A stretch of DNA of 64,000 bases from an uncultured virus (IMG/VR IMGVR_UViG_3300032331_002637). Taxonomy: Duplodnaviria > Heunggongvirae > Uroviricota > Caudoviricetes. Positions 19,923 through 29,083 of this stretch are shown in pieces. Made by a program: the position numbers and the translations under genes. Under the pieces are notes generated by a model. The model had not been told where the DNA came from, searched no databases, and was given only the letters and a program-made list of their open reading frames with translations. Position 1 is the stretch's first letter. Each line of letters begins with the position of its first letter. The DNA lies in IMG/VR virus record IMGVR_UViG_3300032331_002637, positions 1-64,000 of that record, one strand, 5' to 3'.

Positions 19923-20509
19923 TGGACTATAAAGGTTTAATTGAAAAAGAAATAGAGTATTTAAGAAAGATACCAACCGAAAGAATTGGCGATATAGTAA
20001 GAATAATAAATTCAAATCTAAAAAGCGGAAGAATAATAACTTCCGGTATGGGAAAGGCAGGACAAGTTGCTAATACCTTTGCAACTACACTCTGCTCTAC
20101 AGGAACCCCTTCTTTTTTTCTACATCCTGCAGAAGCTCAACATGGAGATCTTGGTATGATAATGCCAGGAGATATAATTATAGTTTTTAGTAACTCAGGA
20201 AAAACTAGAGAAGTTATAGAGCTTATAGAACTTGTACATTCTTTAGAATATAATAATATTATATTTGGTGTTATAGGAAAAAGAAATGCTCAATTAGATC
20301 TAATATTTGCAGATTATATTGAATTTGGTGAGGTGGAAGAAATATGTCCTCTTGGATTAACACCAACCACTTCAACAACTTGTATGTCAGTTATTTGTGA
20401 TCTTATGGTAGTTGGAATAATGGCTAATAAAGAATTTACCAAAGAAGAATACGCAAAATTCCATCATGGCGGATATTTGAATTTAAAGGCTAAAGGAATT
20501 TCTAATTAA
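19922..20509 (+). CDS. kdsD: Arabinose-5-phosphate isomerase (KdsD/KpsF), SIS domain only
   Basis: SGMGKAG, STGTPSFFLHPAEAQHGDLG, SNSGKT, CPLGLTPTTSTT, FHHGGYL; no CBS pair. Confidence 0.9.
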   Translation: MDYKGLIEKEIEYLRKIPTERIGDIVRIINSNLKSGRIITSGMGKAGQVANTFATTLCSTGTPSFFLHPAEAQHGDLGMIMPGDIIIVFSNSGKTREVIELIELVHSLEYNNIIFGVIGKRNAQLDLIFADYIEFGEVEEICPLGLTPTTSTTCMSVICDLMVVGIMANKEFTKEEYAKFHHGGYLNLKAKGISN

Positions 20510-20527
20510 GATAATTTAATAATAGAA

Positions 20528-20986
20528 ATGAATAAAACGATAGGAATTACTTGCTCTACTTTTGATCTTTTACATACTGGACATATAATTATGCTAGAGG
20601 AGTGTAAAAAATACTGCGATTATTTAATATGCGCAATACAAGTTGATCCCTCATTAGATAGAATTGGAAAAAATAAACCAGTGCAGTCTTTAATTGAAAG
20701 GTACATACAATTAGATGCTGTTAAGTATGTTGATAAGATTATACCATACACTAATGAGAAAGAGCTTGAATTAATATTTATGTCATTAGATTTAGACGTT
20801 AGAATTATAGGTGAAGAATATAAGGATATAGATTTTACAGGTAAGAATATTTGTATAAAAAGAAATATTAAATTAATATACAATAAAAGGGAGCATAATT
20901 TTTCTACAACTAATTTAAGAAAATCAATATACTTAAATGAATTAAATAAAGAATTAGAAAAAAATAATAAGCCGGATGGAAATTAA
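20528..20986 (+). CDS. TagD-like (glycerol-3-phosphate) cytidylyltransferase family
   Basis: TFDLLHTGH (HxGH), KNKP, VKYVD, R.HNFSTT. Confidence 0.88.
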   Translation: MNKTIGITCSTFDLLHTGHIIMLEECKKYCDYLICAIQVDPSLDRIGKNKPVQSLIERYIQLDAVKYVDKIIPYTNEKELELIFMSLDLDVRIIGEEYKDIDFTGKNICIKRNIKLIYNKREHNFSTTNLRKSIYLNELNKELEKNNKPDGN

Positions 20987-21764
20987 ATATAATAAGATTC
21001 TTATAGCAGGTCCTTGCGTAATTCAAAGTTGGGACACTTGTTATGAGATAGCTATTGAAATTAAAAGATGTGCACTTCTGTATAATTTTACACCTATCTT
21101 CAAAGCAAGTTTTGATAAAGCTAATAGAACTTCGTCTAATGGATTTAGAGGCGTTGGTATAGATAAAGGATTAGATATACTATCTAAGATCAAACAGAGG
21201 CTAGATATACCTGTTATAACGGATGTACACGAAACTGAACAAGTTGAGCAAGTAGCATCAGTTGTGGATTACTTACAAGTTCCTGCTTTTTTGTCTAGAC
21301 AGACAGATCTTATTGAAGCATGTGCTAAAACAGGATTACCTGTGTTAGTTAAAAAAGGACAATTTCTTTCTCCTGAAAGTTGTAAATTCATTGAGGATAA
21401 ATTTTACAAAGCTGGGGGTACACAATTACTAATAGGTGAAAGGGGTAACAGCTTTGGGTATAATGATTTGATAGTTGATGTCACATCAATTTCTAGATTA
21501 AAAAAATCCTGCGAAAATTCAAAGATTATAATGGATTGCACACACAGTCTGCAAAGACCCAATGGAATTTACGGAAAGACAGAAGGGAGAGGTGATATGA
21601 TCGAAGAGATGGTAAAATATGCTTCAGTAATGAATGCTGATGGAATATTTATAGAAACACATCCATACCCAGAACTCTCCCCGTCGGATTCTGAAAATAT
21701 GTTAGAACTTAGTAAATTTGAAAATATAATAAAAAAATCAAGATCGATATATGATACCCACTAA
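20976..21764 (+). CDS. kdsA: Kdo-8-phosphate synthase, metal-dependent type
   Basis: IAGPCV, FKASFDKANRTS, TDVHE, QVPAFLSRQTDL, KKGQFLSP, ERGNSFGYNDL, DCTHSLQRP, FIETHP. Confidence 0.95.
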   Translation: MEIKYNKILIAGPCVIQSWDTCYEIAIEIKRCALLYNFTPIFKASFDKANRTSSNGFRGVGIDKGLDILSKIKQRLDIPVITDVHETEQVEQVASVVDYLQVPAFLSRQTDLIEACAKTGLPVLVKKGQFLSPESCKFIEDKFYKAGGTQLLIGERGNSFGYNDLIVDVTSISRLKKSCENSKIIMDCTHSLQRPNGIYGKTEGRGDMIEEMVKYASVMNADGIFIETHPYPELSPSDSENMLELSKFENIIKKSRSIYDTH

Positions 21765-22467
21765 ATTAATGGATATAGTGATTGTTAGCTATGCTAAAGA
21801 TGACTACTGTAAGGGTTTAACTGAAAATTGTATAAAGTCAATTCTAGAGTCAGAAAATTATTCTGAGAAGCTATTTAATATAATTGTTGTTGAATCTGAA
21901 CCTGGTGTAAAATGGGAACATCTATCCGATATAGTTCACACATTTGAAGCTCCTTTACCTTATGGTTATCACAAATTTCTTAACTTTGGTAGAAAGCAGG
22001 GAAATTCACAATTCGTTGCTCTCTGTAATAATGATTTAGAATTTAAAGAAAAATGGTTTACTAATATAATGAAAGCATCTGTTATGGAATCTGATGTCAT
22101 ATCATTTTCTCCTATATGTCCGATGACTCAGACAATTTACGAGATATACGAGCACTCAGGAAATATTGAAGGATACGAAATAAGAAAACATATATCTGGA
22201 TGGTGTATAATACACAAGAGGGAAATTTATAATATAATTGGGGATCTTGATGAAAGATTTCATCATTGGTTCTGTGATAATGATTATTCAATGGAGCTTC
22301 AATATCATGGACTTAAACACATGCTTGTCACTGATTCAATTGTGATACATCACGATAAAAATATAGGAAAAACCACAGAAAGAGTTATAACTGATAGAAA
22401 TCAGATGTATGATATGACTAGTGGTTCTTTGCCTATCTTTCAAGAAAAATGGAGAAATAAAATATAA
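21751..22467 (+). CDS. GT2 glycosyltransferase
   Basis: DIVIVSY, LNFG, LCNND, GWCII, IGDLDERF, FCDND. Confidence 0.85.
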   Translation: MIPTKLMDIVIVSYAKDDYCKGLTENCIKSILESENYSEKLFNIIVVESEPGVKWEHLSDIVHTFEAPLPYGYHKFLNFGRKQGNSQFVALCNNDLEFKEKWFTNIMKASVMESDVISFSPICPMTQTIYEIYEHSGNIEGYEIRKHISGWCIIHKREIYNIIGDLDERFHHWFCDNDYSMELQYHGLKHMLVTDSIVIHHDKNIGKTTERVITDRNQMYDMTSGSLPIFQEKWRNKI

Positions 22468-22477
22468 AATATAAAAT

Positions 22478-23101
22478 ATGAAAAGATATGAAATGATCAA
22501 CCGTGTTATCGAATCAAAAGGATACACGAATTATTTAGAAATAGGAGTGAGAGACGGTGAATGCTTCAAAGAGATTTGCTGTAAGAATAAAACCGGGGTG
22601 GATCCTAATCCCACTAGTGATCATACAACACATATAATGACTTCTGACGATTTCTTTTATGAATTAGACGAGAATTCTATGTTTGATGTGATATTCATTG
22701 ATGGGTTACACTTAGATCATCAAGTAAATAAAGATATTGAAAATTCATTAAAGCATTTAAAAGAAGGTGGAACTATACTTCTTCATGATTGTAATCCACC
22801 AACTAAATATCATGCTGCAGAATCCCCTGTTTATTCTGCACCTGCTAACGGTGATTGGAATGGTACTGTGTATCTTTCCTTGATTAATTTAAGATTATAC
22901 AGAAATAATTTGAGATTAAGAACGGTGGATTCTGATTGGGGAGTTGGCTTATTAACAAAAGAGACGAGCGAGACTTTAAATGCTTTTCCTAATGATGCTA
23001 TGTCATGGGAATTCTTTTACGAAAACCGACAAGAAATACTCGATTTAGTTACAGTTGATGAATTTATTAATCTTTATCCTGTCAATCTTCTAGTTGACTA
23101 A
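22478..23101 (+). CDS. Class I SAM-dependent methyltransferase (Methyltransf_24-like)
   Basis: YLEIGV, GVDP, FDVIFIDGLH, GGTILLHDC, WNGTVY, DWGVG. Confidence 0.88.
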   Translation: MKRYEMINRVIESKGYTNYLEIGVRDGECFKEICCKNKTGVDPNPTSDHTTHIMTSDDFFYELDENSMFDVIFIDGLHLDHQVNKDIENSLKHLKEGGTILLHDCNPPTKYHAAESPVYSAPANGDWNGTVYLSLINLRLYRNNLRLRTVDSDWGVGLLTKETSETLNAFPNDAMSWEFFYENRQEILDLVTVDEFINLYPVNLLVD

Positions 23102-23102
23102 T

Positions 23103-23131
23103 GAAATTATTCCAATTTATTAGAGTATAAA
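23103..23131 (+). promoter_or_regulatory. GAAAY-N18-TAWAAW putative promoter
   Basis: GAAAT at 23103, TATAAA at 23126, ATG at 23139. Confidence 0.45.
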
Positions 23132-23138
23132 ATTTATT

Positions 23139-23399
23139 ATGAAAATAGAAAATGGTTATAAACTATGTTTGACTAAAGAAAAAGGCAAGACTAAAATAGA
23201 GATAACTAGGCATAAAAATCCAGTAATGGATAATATTTTAATAATAAACAGCATAGGAAGTACAAGATACGAAGACACATGGATAATAGAGAAAGATTTA
23301 GATGGATGGTTATCCAGTTTAAAAAATGAAGGTTTTACTGAAATAAATATAAACGAGGATGTGGAATCTCCTAAAGAAAATAATAAGAAAAAAAAATAA
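23139..23399 (+). CDS. Hypothetical protein
   Basis: 86-aa ORF directly after the putative promoter. Confidence 0.65.
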   Translation: MKIENGYKLCLTKEKGKTKIEITRHKNPVMDNILIINSIGSTRYEDTWIIEKDLDGWLSSLKNEGFTEININEDVESPKENNKKKK

Positions 23400-23400
23400 G

Positions 23401-23979
23401 ATGGAAAACATAGAAGAAATCGATATTGAGTACCTTGATAAAGAACTAAGCCCTTTTGTTTATAAATGGACCAAAGGAGATAACGATGGGGAAATATGTG
23501 AATATGAAAACTTATTTAAAGATCCAACTACTGGAATTATTTGGATAAACTTTAGAGGTGGTAGTAGAATTAATTATTTATTATTAAATGATTTTATGCT
23601 ACAGATAGAACCTTCAGCGGTTAAGGAAGAAGCTATAGAGCAATTAGCAAATCTTCCAATGAGAAATGTTATGCTTTCTGATAATAAATCTAAAGTTACA
23701 CTTCCTGATAATCCTATTGTTTCTTTATTACAGAAACAAAAGCCAAACTGGGTCGAGGTTGGTATTAATCTTAAATTGAATCTACCTACTAAGAATCTTT
23801 ATAATGTATTAACTAGCTCTTTTGAAGATGCGGAAGAAGAAATTATAGAATTTGTAGTGAGGGATCTTGATATAGAATTAATTAAAGACAGTTTGAGGAT
23901 AAATATAAAAGATATATATAATAAAAGTAATGGAACTTTACGAAAAAGCGGATCCCAAGATAATACAAAAGACGGGTAA
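23401..23979 (+). CDS. Hypothetical protein (start probably 23401, MENIEE)
   Basis: ATG 2 nt after the upstream stop; track start 23359 overlaps the previous gene. Confidence 0.7.
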   Translation: MENIEEIDIEYLDKELSPFVYKWTKGDNDGEICEYENLFKDPTTGIIWINFRGGSRINYLLLNDFMLQIEPSAVKEEAIEQLANLPMRNVMLSDNKSKVTLPDNPIVSLLQKQKPNWVEVGINLKLNLPTKNLYNVLTSSFEDAEEEIIEFVVRDLDIELIKDSLRINIKDIYNKSNGTLRKSGSQDNTKDG

Positions 23980-24493
23980 TATAGAGGTTATTGATATAGA
24001 TGACCATTTATTTATACGACAAATAAATCCAGGGGTTATTATAATGCCTTACACTTCCGATGAGTCAGGATTCCCTGTTAAAATAGGTGTTATTTCTGAG
24101 GTATTAGATCAAAGACCTGGTGGAATGTCTATGACACTTATTACGGGATCGACAGAAGATGATGATAAAAATATTTATCAAACAGCAGTTAGGGAGTTAA
24201 GGGAGGAATCAGGATTTGAAATTAAAGATTTAAAAAGATGGAAATTCTTAGGAAGTCTATACACATCTAAAATGGTTATGAACTCCAATCCTTGTTTTGC
24301 TGTTGATATTACAGGGACTGTAGCTGAGGAGAAAGAAACTGACGGATCACAATCAGAGAAAGATTCAAAATTTGAATTAATTAGTGTGGACAATGCTTTG
24401 GATCTAGAAGATTCATTAGTTAGCACTTTATTTATAAAAACATTTAAAAACCTTTTTAATAAAAATGAACAAGATACAGAATCTCCCGAATAG
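23930..24493 (+). CDS. NUDIX hydrolase
   Basis: Nudix box GSTEDDDKNIYQTAVRELREESGF; GATATATA at 23911 upstream. Confidence 0.88.
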   Translation: MELYEKADPKIIQKTGNIEVIDIDDHLFIRQINPGVIIMPYTSDESGFPVKIGVISEVLDQRPGGMSMTLITGSTEDDDKNIYQTAVRELREESGFEIKDLKRWKFLGSLYTSKMVMNSNPCFAVDITGTVAEEKETDGSQSEKDSKFELISVDNALDLEDSLVSTLFIKTFKNLFNKNEQDTESPE

Positions 24494-24653
24494 AAAGGAT
24501 AGAAGAAAAATGGCCAAAGACCTTGGTCTTTTTGGTAAGAAAAAAGATAAAGCAGAAACGGCTGAATCTAAAGAAAGAACTAAAGCTGTAGGAAATCTTA
24601 TTAGACTTAGGAATCTTACGGAGCAAAGAAATAATAACAAAACTAAAGACTAA
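24465..24653 (+). CDS. Small basic hypothetical protein
   Basis: 62 aa, NRKDRRKMAKDLG; co-oriented in operon. Confidence 0.6.
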   Translation: MNKIQNLPNRKDRRKMAKDLGLFGKKKDKAETAESKERTKAVGNLIRLRNLTEQRNNNKTKD

Positions 24654-24656
24654 AAG

Positions 24657-24986
24657 TTGGAGTGTTTTAAATCATTTATAGTATCAAAATCTGATAAGGT
24701 TAAAACAATAGATGCAGATTCTATTGGTCCTTATCATGTTATAGATGTAAATATGTGGTTTAAAACAAACAGTTTAACCCCTTCAAATATGAACGAAATT
24801 CGCCAATACATATTTGAAGAATGGCTACATAAAAAAATAGTTACTTCTAAAACAAAAGTTGTTTCTGGTAGTAACTTAGTGGTAGTTTATGATAGTCCTA
24901 CCGATCCTTTTATTGATTTATTAAAAAATAAAATTTCCGAAATTCTTGAATTTGAATTTTGTGATATTATTTTAATAGATGAATAG
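24657..24986 (+). CDS. Hypothetical protein (TTG start)
   Basis: 109-aa ORF filling the gap before the structural module. Confidence 0.55.
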   Translation: MECFKSFIVSKSDKVKTIDADSIGPYHVIDVNMWFKTNSLTPSNMNEIRQYIFEEWLHKKIVTSKTKVVSGSNLVVVYDSPTDPFIDLLKNKISEILEFEFCDIILIDE

Positions 24987-25005
24987 AAAGTAAGGTATAT
25001 AATAC

Positions 25006-26829
25006 ATGGCAGCACCTTTCTCATTTTCATCAGATGTACAAGATTTTGAAAGATCTGGTAAGAATATATTTAAGTTCGATAGCGACAAAGTATTTGCTAC
25101 ATACGAACTATCCGATCTAGCAACTCTTCCTAAAAGTTTATTTTATGATGCTGCAACAGCAGATGGTGCGGGATATGCTGGTCTTTTTGCTTATTATGTT
25201 TTAGGTAGGGGTGCTGGAGGACAAAATGTTAAATATCATTTATCTGAGACAACTAATGAATTAAAAAACGTAACATCACAAGAATCAAGAAATCCCACAG
25301 CAGCTCAAATAATATCAATAACTTCAGGAAAAACTAGTGAAAACTCTGTGCCTGCTTATTTAGATCCTAAAAGTCCTTATAGAGGACAACTTTATAATGT
25401 TAAGGATTTTATATTTTGTAAATATTATGGTATTATTCCTAATAATAGGATGATAACTTTGAGAAGATTTCCGCATCCTACATTAGATTCACTAAGAACT
25501 ATTCCAGATGGAGGTGTTGGAGATTTTGGATTTTCTCAGAAAGATAAAAAGAAAATAACTTTTGAAGCTAGAGGAGTTCCTGAACTAGGTAAATTACATG
25601 ATAAAACTGGGGAACTTAACACATCCCTTCCTGTTGCACAAGCGGTTACATTTTTTGGTGGTGACACAGGTAACTCACTATCCACTGTATTAGGAATAAA
25701 CACGGGTTTAAATTTTGGCGCACAGACACAGGAAGCTGTAAAAAATGAACAAACAGGGGATCCTGGGTTAATGAATTCTCCATATGGAGATTTAATAAAA
25801 TCTTTAATAACTGGGACTGGAATAGATTTTGATCCAGAGGTAGCGGATAATTTAGCTGGTACATTATTAACTCCGGAGAAAAACAGAAACAGATTACAAA
25901 GAATGTTATTAGATCAGGCAGTAAGTGAAGACGGGCCGTTATCTAAAAAAATATTTGTCAATGTAAATACTGTTAATCAGATGATGATCAGATCGCAAGG
26001 TTTTAATGGGGGATTTGATTCCTTTAGCTTGGATTTTCATTATAATTTAACATCAGTTGGTAGAATTAATTCTAAGATTCTATTTCTTGATCTTATGACT
26101 AATCTTTTATCTATAGGATCAGATTATGGCCAATTTTTATCACCAGAGCTTAGATTATCTCAAACTAGTGTGGGATTAGGATTTCCTGGTGGACCCGCAG
26201 GATATGCAAAATCTATAGTTGATCCCATAGGTTATATTAGAGATACTGTTTCAAAAATGCTTTCAAAAGATAATGTTGATAGGCAATTAGAAAACGAAAA
26301 AGGATTAGCTGACCGGGTGTCACAGATAGCAGCAGAGGTTAAAGCTTTTGCTAATGATCCATCAAAAGGTTTAGGACCAGATTCAACACTAATGAAATCT
26401 ATATCTGTAATGTTAAGTGATGCTTTTCTTAAGAAGGTTTATTTTTCTCCTATTATGCTTAGTGGATATCCGACCGGAGATTGGCATATGGTAGTTGGTA
26501 ACCCTTTAAATCCTATTGCTATGATAGGAAATTTAGTTTGTACAAATGTTAAAATCACCTTCGGTGATGATCTAGGACCTGATGATTTTCCTACTGAATT
26601 AAAAGCTACATATACTTTACAACCAGGAAGACAAAGACATAGAGGCGATTTTGACTCAATGTTTAATAGAGGTAGTGGTAGACTATATCTTGGTCAATTA
26701 GTATCTTCTGGAGAATCTACTAAAGCATTTATTAATACCAGAGGAATATTCACTAATGAAATAAAAAATATAGACCAGACAGTAATACAAGGATCTAGTA
26801 CAACTACAGGATCGGAAAAAGTAAATTAG
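25006..26829 (+). CDS. Putative baseplate/tail-tube-initiator-like virion protein
   Basis: C-terminal GNLVCTNVKITFG...FPTELKATYTL resembles gp48/tube-fold strands; precedes the gp53-like gene; GGTATATA motif upstream. Confidence 0.5.
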   Translation: MAAPFSFSSDVQDFERSGKNIFKFDSDKVFATYELSDLATLPKSLFYDAATADGAGYAGLFAYYVLGRGAGGQNVKYHLSETTNELKNVTSQESRNPTAAQIISITSGKTSENSVPAYLDPKSPYRGQLYNVKDFIFCKYYGIIPNNRMITLRRFPHPTLDSLRTIPDGGVGDFGFSQKDKKKITFEARGVPELGKLHDKTGELNTSLPVAQAVTFFGGDTGNSLSTVLGINTGLNFGAQTQEAVKNEQTGDPGLMNSPYGDLIKSLITGTGIDFDPEVADNLAGTLLTPEKNRNRLQRMLLDQAVSEDGPLSKKIFVNVNTVNQMMIRSQGFNGGFDSFSLDFHYNLTSVGRINSKILFLDLMTNLLSIGSDYGQFLSPELRLSQTSVGLGFPGGPAGYAKSIVDPIGYIRDTVSKMLSKDNVDRQLENEKGLADRVSQIAAEVKAFANDPSKGLGPDSTLMKSISVMLSDAFLKKVYFSPIMLSGYPTGDWHMVVGNPLNPIAMIGNLVCTNVKITFGDDLGPDDFPTELKATYTLQPGRQRHRGDFDSMFNRGSGRLYLGQLVSSGESTKAFINTRGIFTNEIKNIDQTVIQGSSTTTGSEKVN

Positions 26830-26846
26830 AAAAATAATAATAATAG

Positions 26847-27452
26847 ATGTTAATTATTGATATAATAGAAGCAAAACCTTATAGGACAGATCCCAATACT
26901 AAAATATCTTTATTGGATCTTGTTAGTCCATCTTGGGATCCAAAATCTATTGGTTATGAATTAAAAAGTATTGCCATAGTAACTGACGAAACTGAAATGA
27001 GACCTGATTTAATTGCTCTTTCATATATGAGTGAAGCTAGTCATTTAGGTACATTATTAAAAATAAATAATATATCTAATCCTCTTAGCTTACTAAGAGG
27101 TGAGGTTTTATTAGTACCATCGGATAAGATGATGAAAAATTTATTCGCTAGCGGACAAGCTGTAAATAACCAGAAACAGAAAGCTAAATCTTTCAGAAAA
27201 GAATTACAGGAAAAAATATCACAGGTCAGTCAGGAAAGACTTGAGTATTTGAATTCTAAAAATATATCAAATCTAACAGAAACTCCTCTTCCACCAAATA
27301 TGTTAAAAGAAGGAGAACAACAAATATTAGTTGAAGGTGGGAGATTAATATTTGGACCTGATATAGGAACTTGTAGAGCTAAGACAAAAAAGAATGTTTC
27401 TATTACTGATATAAAGTCTAAGCTTGCACAGAAGAACATTTTTAAAAGATAA
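26847..27452 (+). CDS. Baseplate wedge gp53/LysM-like protein
   Basis: MRPDLIALSYM...LLKINNISNPLSLLRGEVLLVP. Confidence 0.7.
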   Translation: MLIIDIIEAKPYRTDPNTKISLLDLVSPSWDPKSIGYELKSIAIVTDETEMRPDLIALSYMSEASHLGTLLKINNISNPLSLLRGEVLLVPSDKMMKNLFASGQAVNNQKQKAKSFRKELQEKISQVSQERLEYLNSKNISNLTETPLPPNMLKEGEQQILVEGGRLIFGPDIGTCRAKTKKNVSITDIKSKLAQKNIFKR

Positions 27453-27455
27453 TAA

Positions 27456-29069
27456 ATGGCTGTAGATTTTAATTTAAGAAAAGCTATATTACAATATAGA
27501 GATCCCACTATATTACTGGATGAATTAGGAATAGTTGACACGTCCTCACAGGAAGGGGATATAACAGCAAATGACCAAAGATCTGGAAATATACAAAAAA
27601 AATATACAGGGCTAGCTGAGCCTTTAGTAAGGATTAATAATGCTACTATTACAGGTATTAAATATTTTAATCTGGATCTGACTGGATTTAAACCCACACT
27701 TTTATTTAGATTTGAAACAATAGATGAGAGATTTCTTTTCACGTCATATCCTAAAGACGGTGATATAGTTTCTTTGTATATAAGGCCTTTTGGTGAATTA
27801 TTTAAACCTATCAGGATGGATTTTATTATAAACGAGGTGATATCTCCTTTTAATAATGGACCATATAACACAAATGAACCATCAACTGGTAAATTCCTTT
27901 CCTTTACTGTAATGTGTGAAGTGAGAATACCAAAACTATATAAACATATATGTAAGAATATTAGAGGAACAAGTACAGAAGCATTAATAAAAATAGCGGA
28001 AGATCTTGGTCTAGGATATGCTTCTAACGAAGTAAAGATGAACGATCCAATGAATTGGCTTTCACCTAATCTTGATTACGAATCTTTTATAAAAAATATA
28101 GTTAATGGTGCTTGGTTAGGAGAGGATGATTATTTTGATTGTTGGATAGATCAATATTATAATATAAATCTAGTAAATCTTAAAAAACAATTTGACGAGC
28201 AGAATTCTAAAATTGACACAATGAGAATGGCTTACGGTGTTGATTCATTCGGTGATTTAAGTGGAGGTGCAGAACCTGCTGAAGTTGAATTCCCTATTGT
28301 TCTTACAAATTCAACGCAATTTGAGAAGTCTCCCCTTTTTATTAAAGATCTTGCTTTGGAACAAAACTCTGGGTCTATTAATAAAGATCTAGGATATTTT
28401 CAAAAGATTCAATTCTACGATGATAAATTAAAATCAGATAAGCCTAAAAATAAGTTCGTTGAATATTCTATAGAATCAGTAACTAATAAGGATTTAAGTT
28501 CTAGGGACACTTTAAATAAAGGAAGATTAGGAGAGGATGTATATAAGGACGAGGAAAAGAAAACTTATATAGGTACGATGTACTTTGATAATGTTCATGA
28601 AAATTTTCAACAGGCATCTATACAAAATATACTTAATAGAAATGATAGTTATAAGACTATATTAAAAGTGAAAAATAGAGCATGGACTCCTTTTTTATAT
28701 AGAGGACAAACATTCCCTGTAATTATTATGAGCGAAGGGAGTACTACAGCTTCTTCAGATTCTGCAATGGGTCCAGGAGGAAAAAAAGCTTCTTTAGCAC
28801 CAGACGGAGATAAAAGAGTACCTAATGTATTTCTCTCTGGTAATTATGTTGTTCTTGGTTTTAATTTAGAGTTTAATCCTAATGATGGGATATATCAAAG
28901 TATGATTCTTGGTAAAAAACAATGGACTTTAAATCCTGGGATTATTTCAGATCCTAAGACATTAGATCCTAAAGTTGATGATGCACAATTTAATGATTTA
29001 GTTAAAAATTCATCTACTATATTACAACAAGAAGTTGGCAAAATAAAAAGCAGCATATTTGCTGGATAA
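27456..29069 (+). CDS. Putative baseplate hub (gp27/gpD/VgrG-like)
   Basis: Position between gp53-like and spike genes; LIKIAEDLGL, C-terminal LSGNYVVLGFNLEF pattern. Confidence 0.5.
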   Translation: MAVDFNLRKAILQYRDPTILLDELGIVDTSSQEGDITANDQRSGNIQKKYTGLAEPLVRINNATITGIKYFNLDLTGFKPTLLFRFETIDERFLFTSYPKDGDIVSLYIRPFGELFKPIRMDFIINEVISPFNNGPYNTNEPSTGKFLSFTVMCEVRIPKLYKHICKNIRGTSTEALIKIAEDLGLGYASNEVKMNDPMNWLSPNLDYESFIKNIVNGAWLGEDDYFDCWIDQYYNINLVNLKKQFDEQNSKIDTMRMAYGVDSFGDLSGGAEPAEVEFPIVLTNSTQFEKSPLFIKDLALEQNSGSINKDLGYFQKIQFYDDKLKSDKPKNKFVEYSIESVTNKDLSSRDTLNKGRLGEDVYKDEEKKTYIGTMYFDNVHENFQQASIQNILNRNDSYKTILKVKNRAWTPFLYRGQTFPVIIMSEGSTTASSDSAMGPGGKKASLAPDGDKRVPNVFLSGNYVVLGFNLEFNPNDGIYQSMILGKKQWTLNPGIISDPKTLDPKVDDAQFNDLVKNSSTILQQEVGKIKSSIFAG

Positions 29070-29083
29070 ATAATTTTTAAAAA

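Noticed and set aside
3244..23101. Bacterial O-antigen/capsule locus on a chromosome
   Set aside because: No flippase, polymerase, chain-length or export genes; flanked by phage-type genes sharing the same promoter-like motifs
27230..27871. 213-aa minus-strand ORF and other antisense ORFs of 60-145 aa in the track
   Set aside because: They overlap well-supported opposite-strand genes and carry no recognisable motifs
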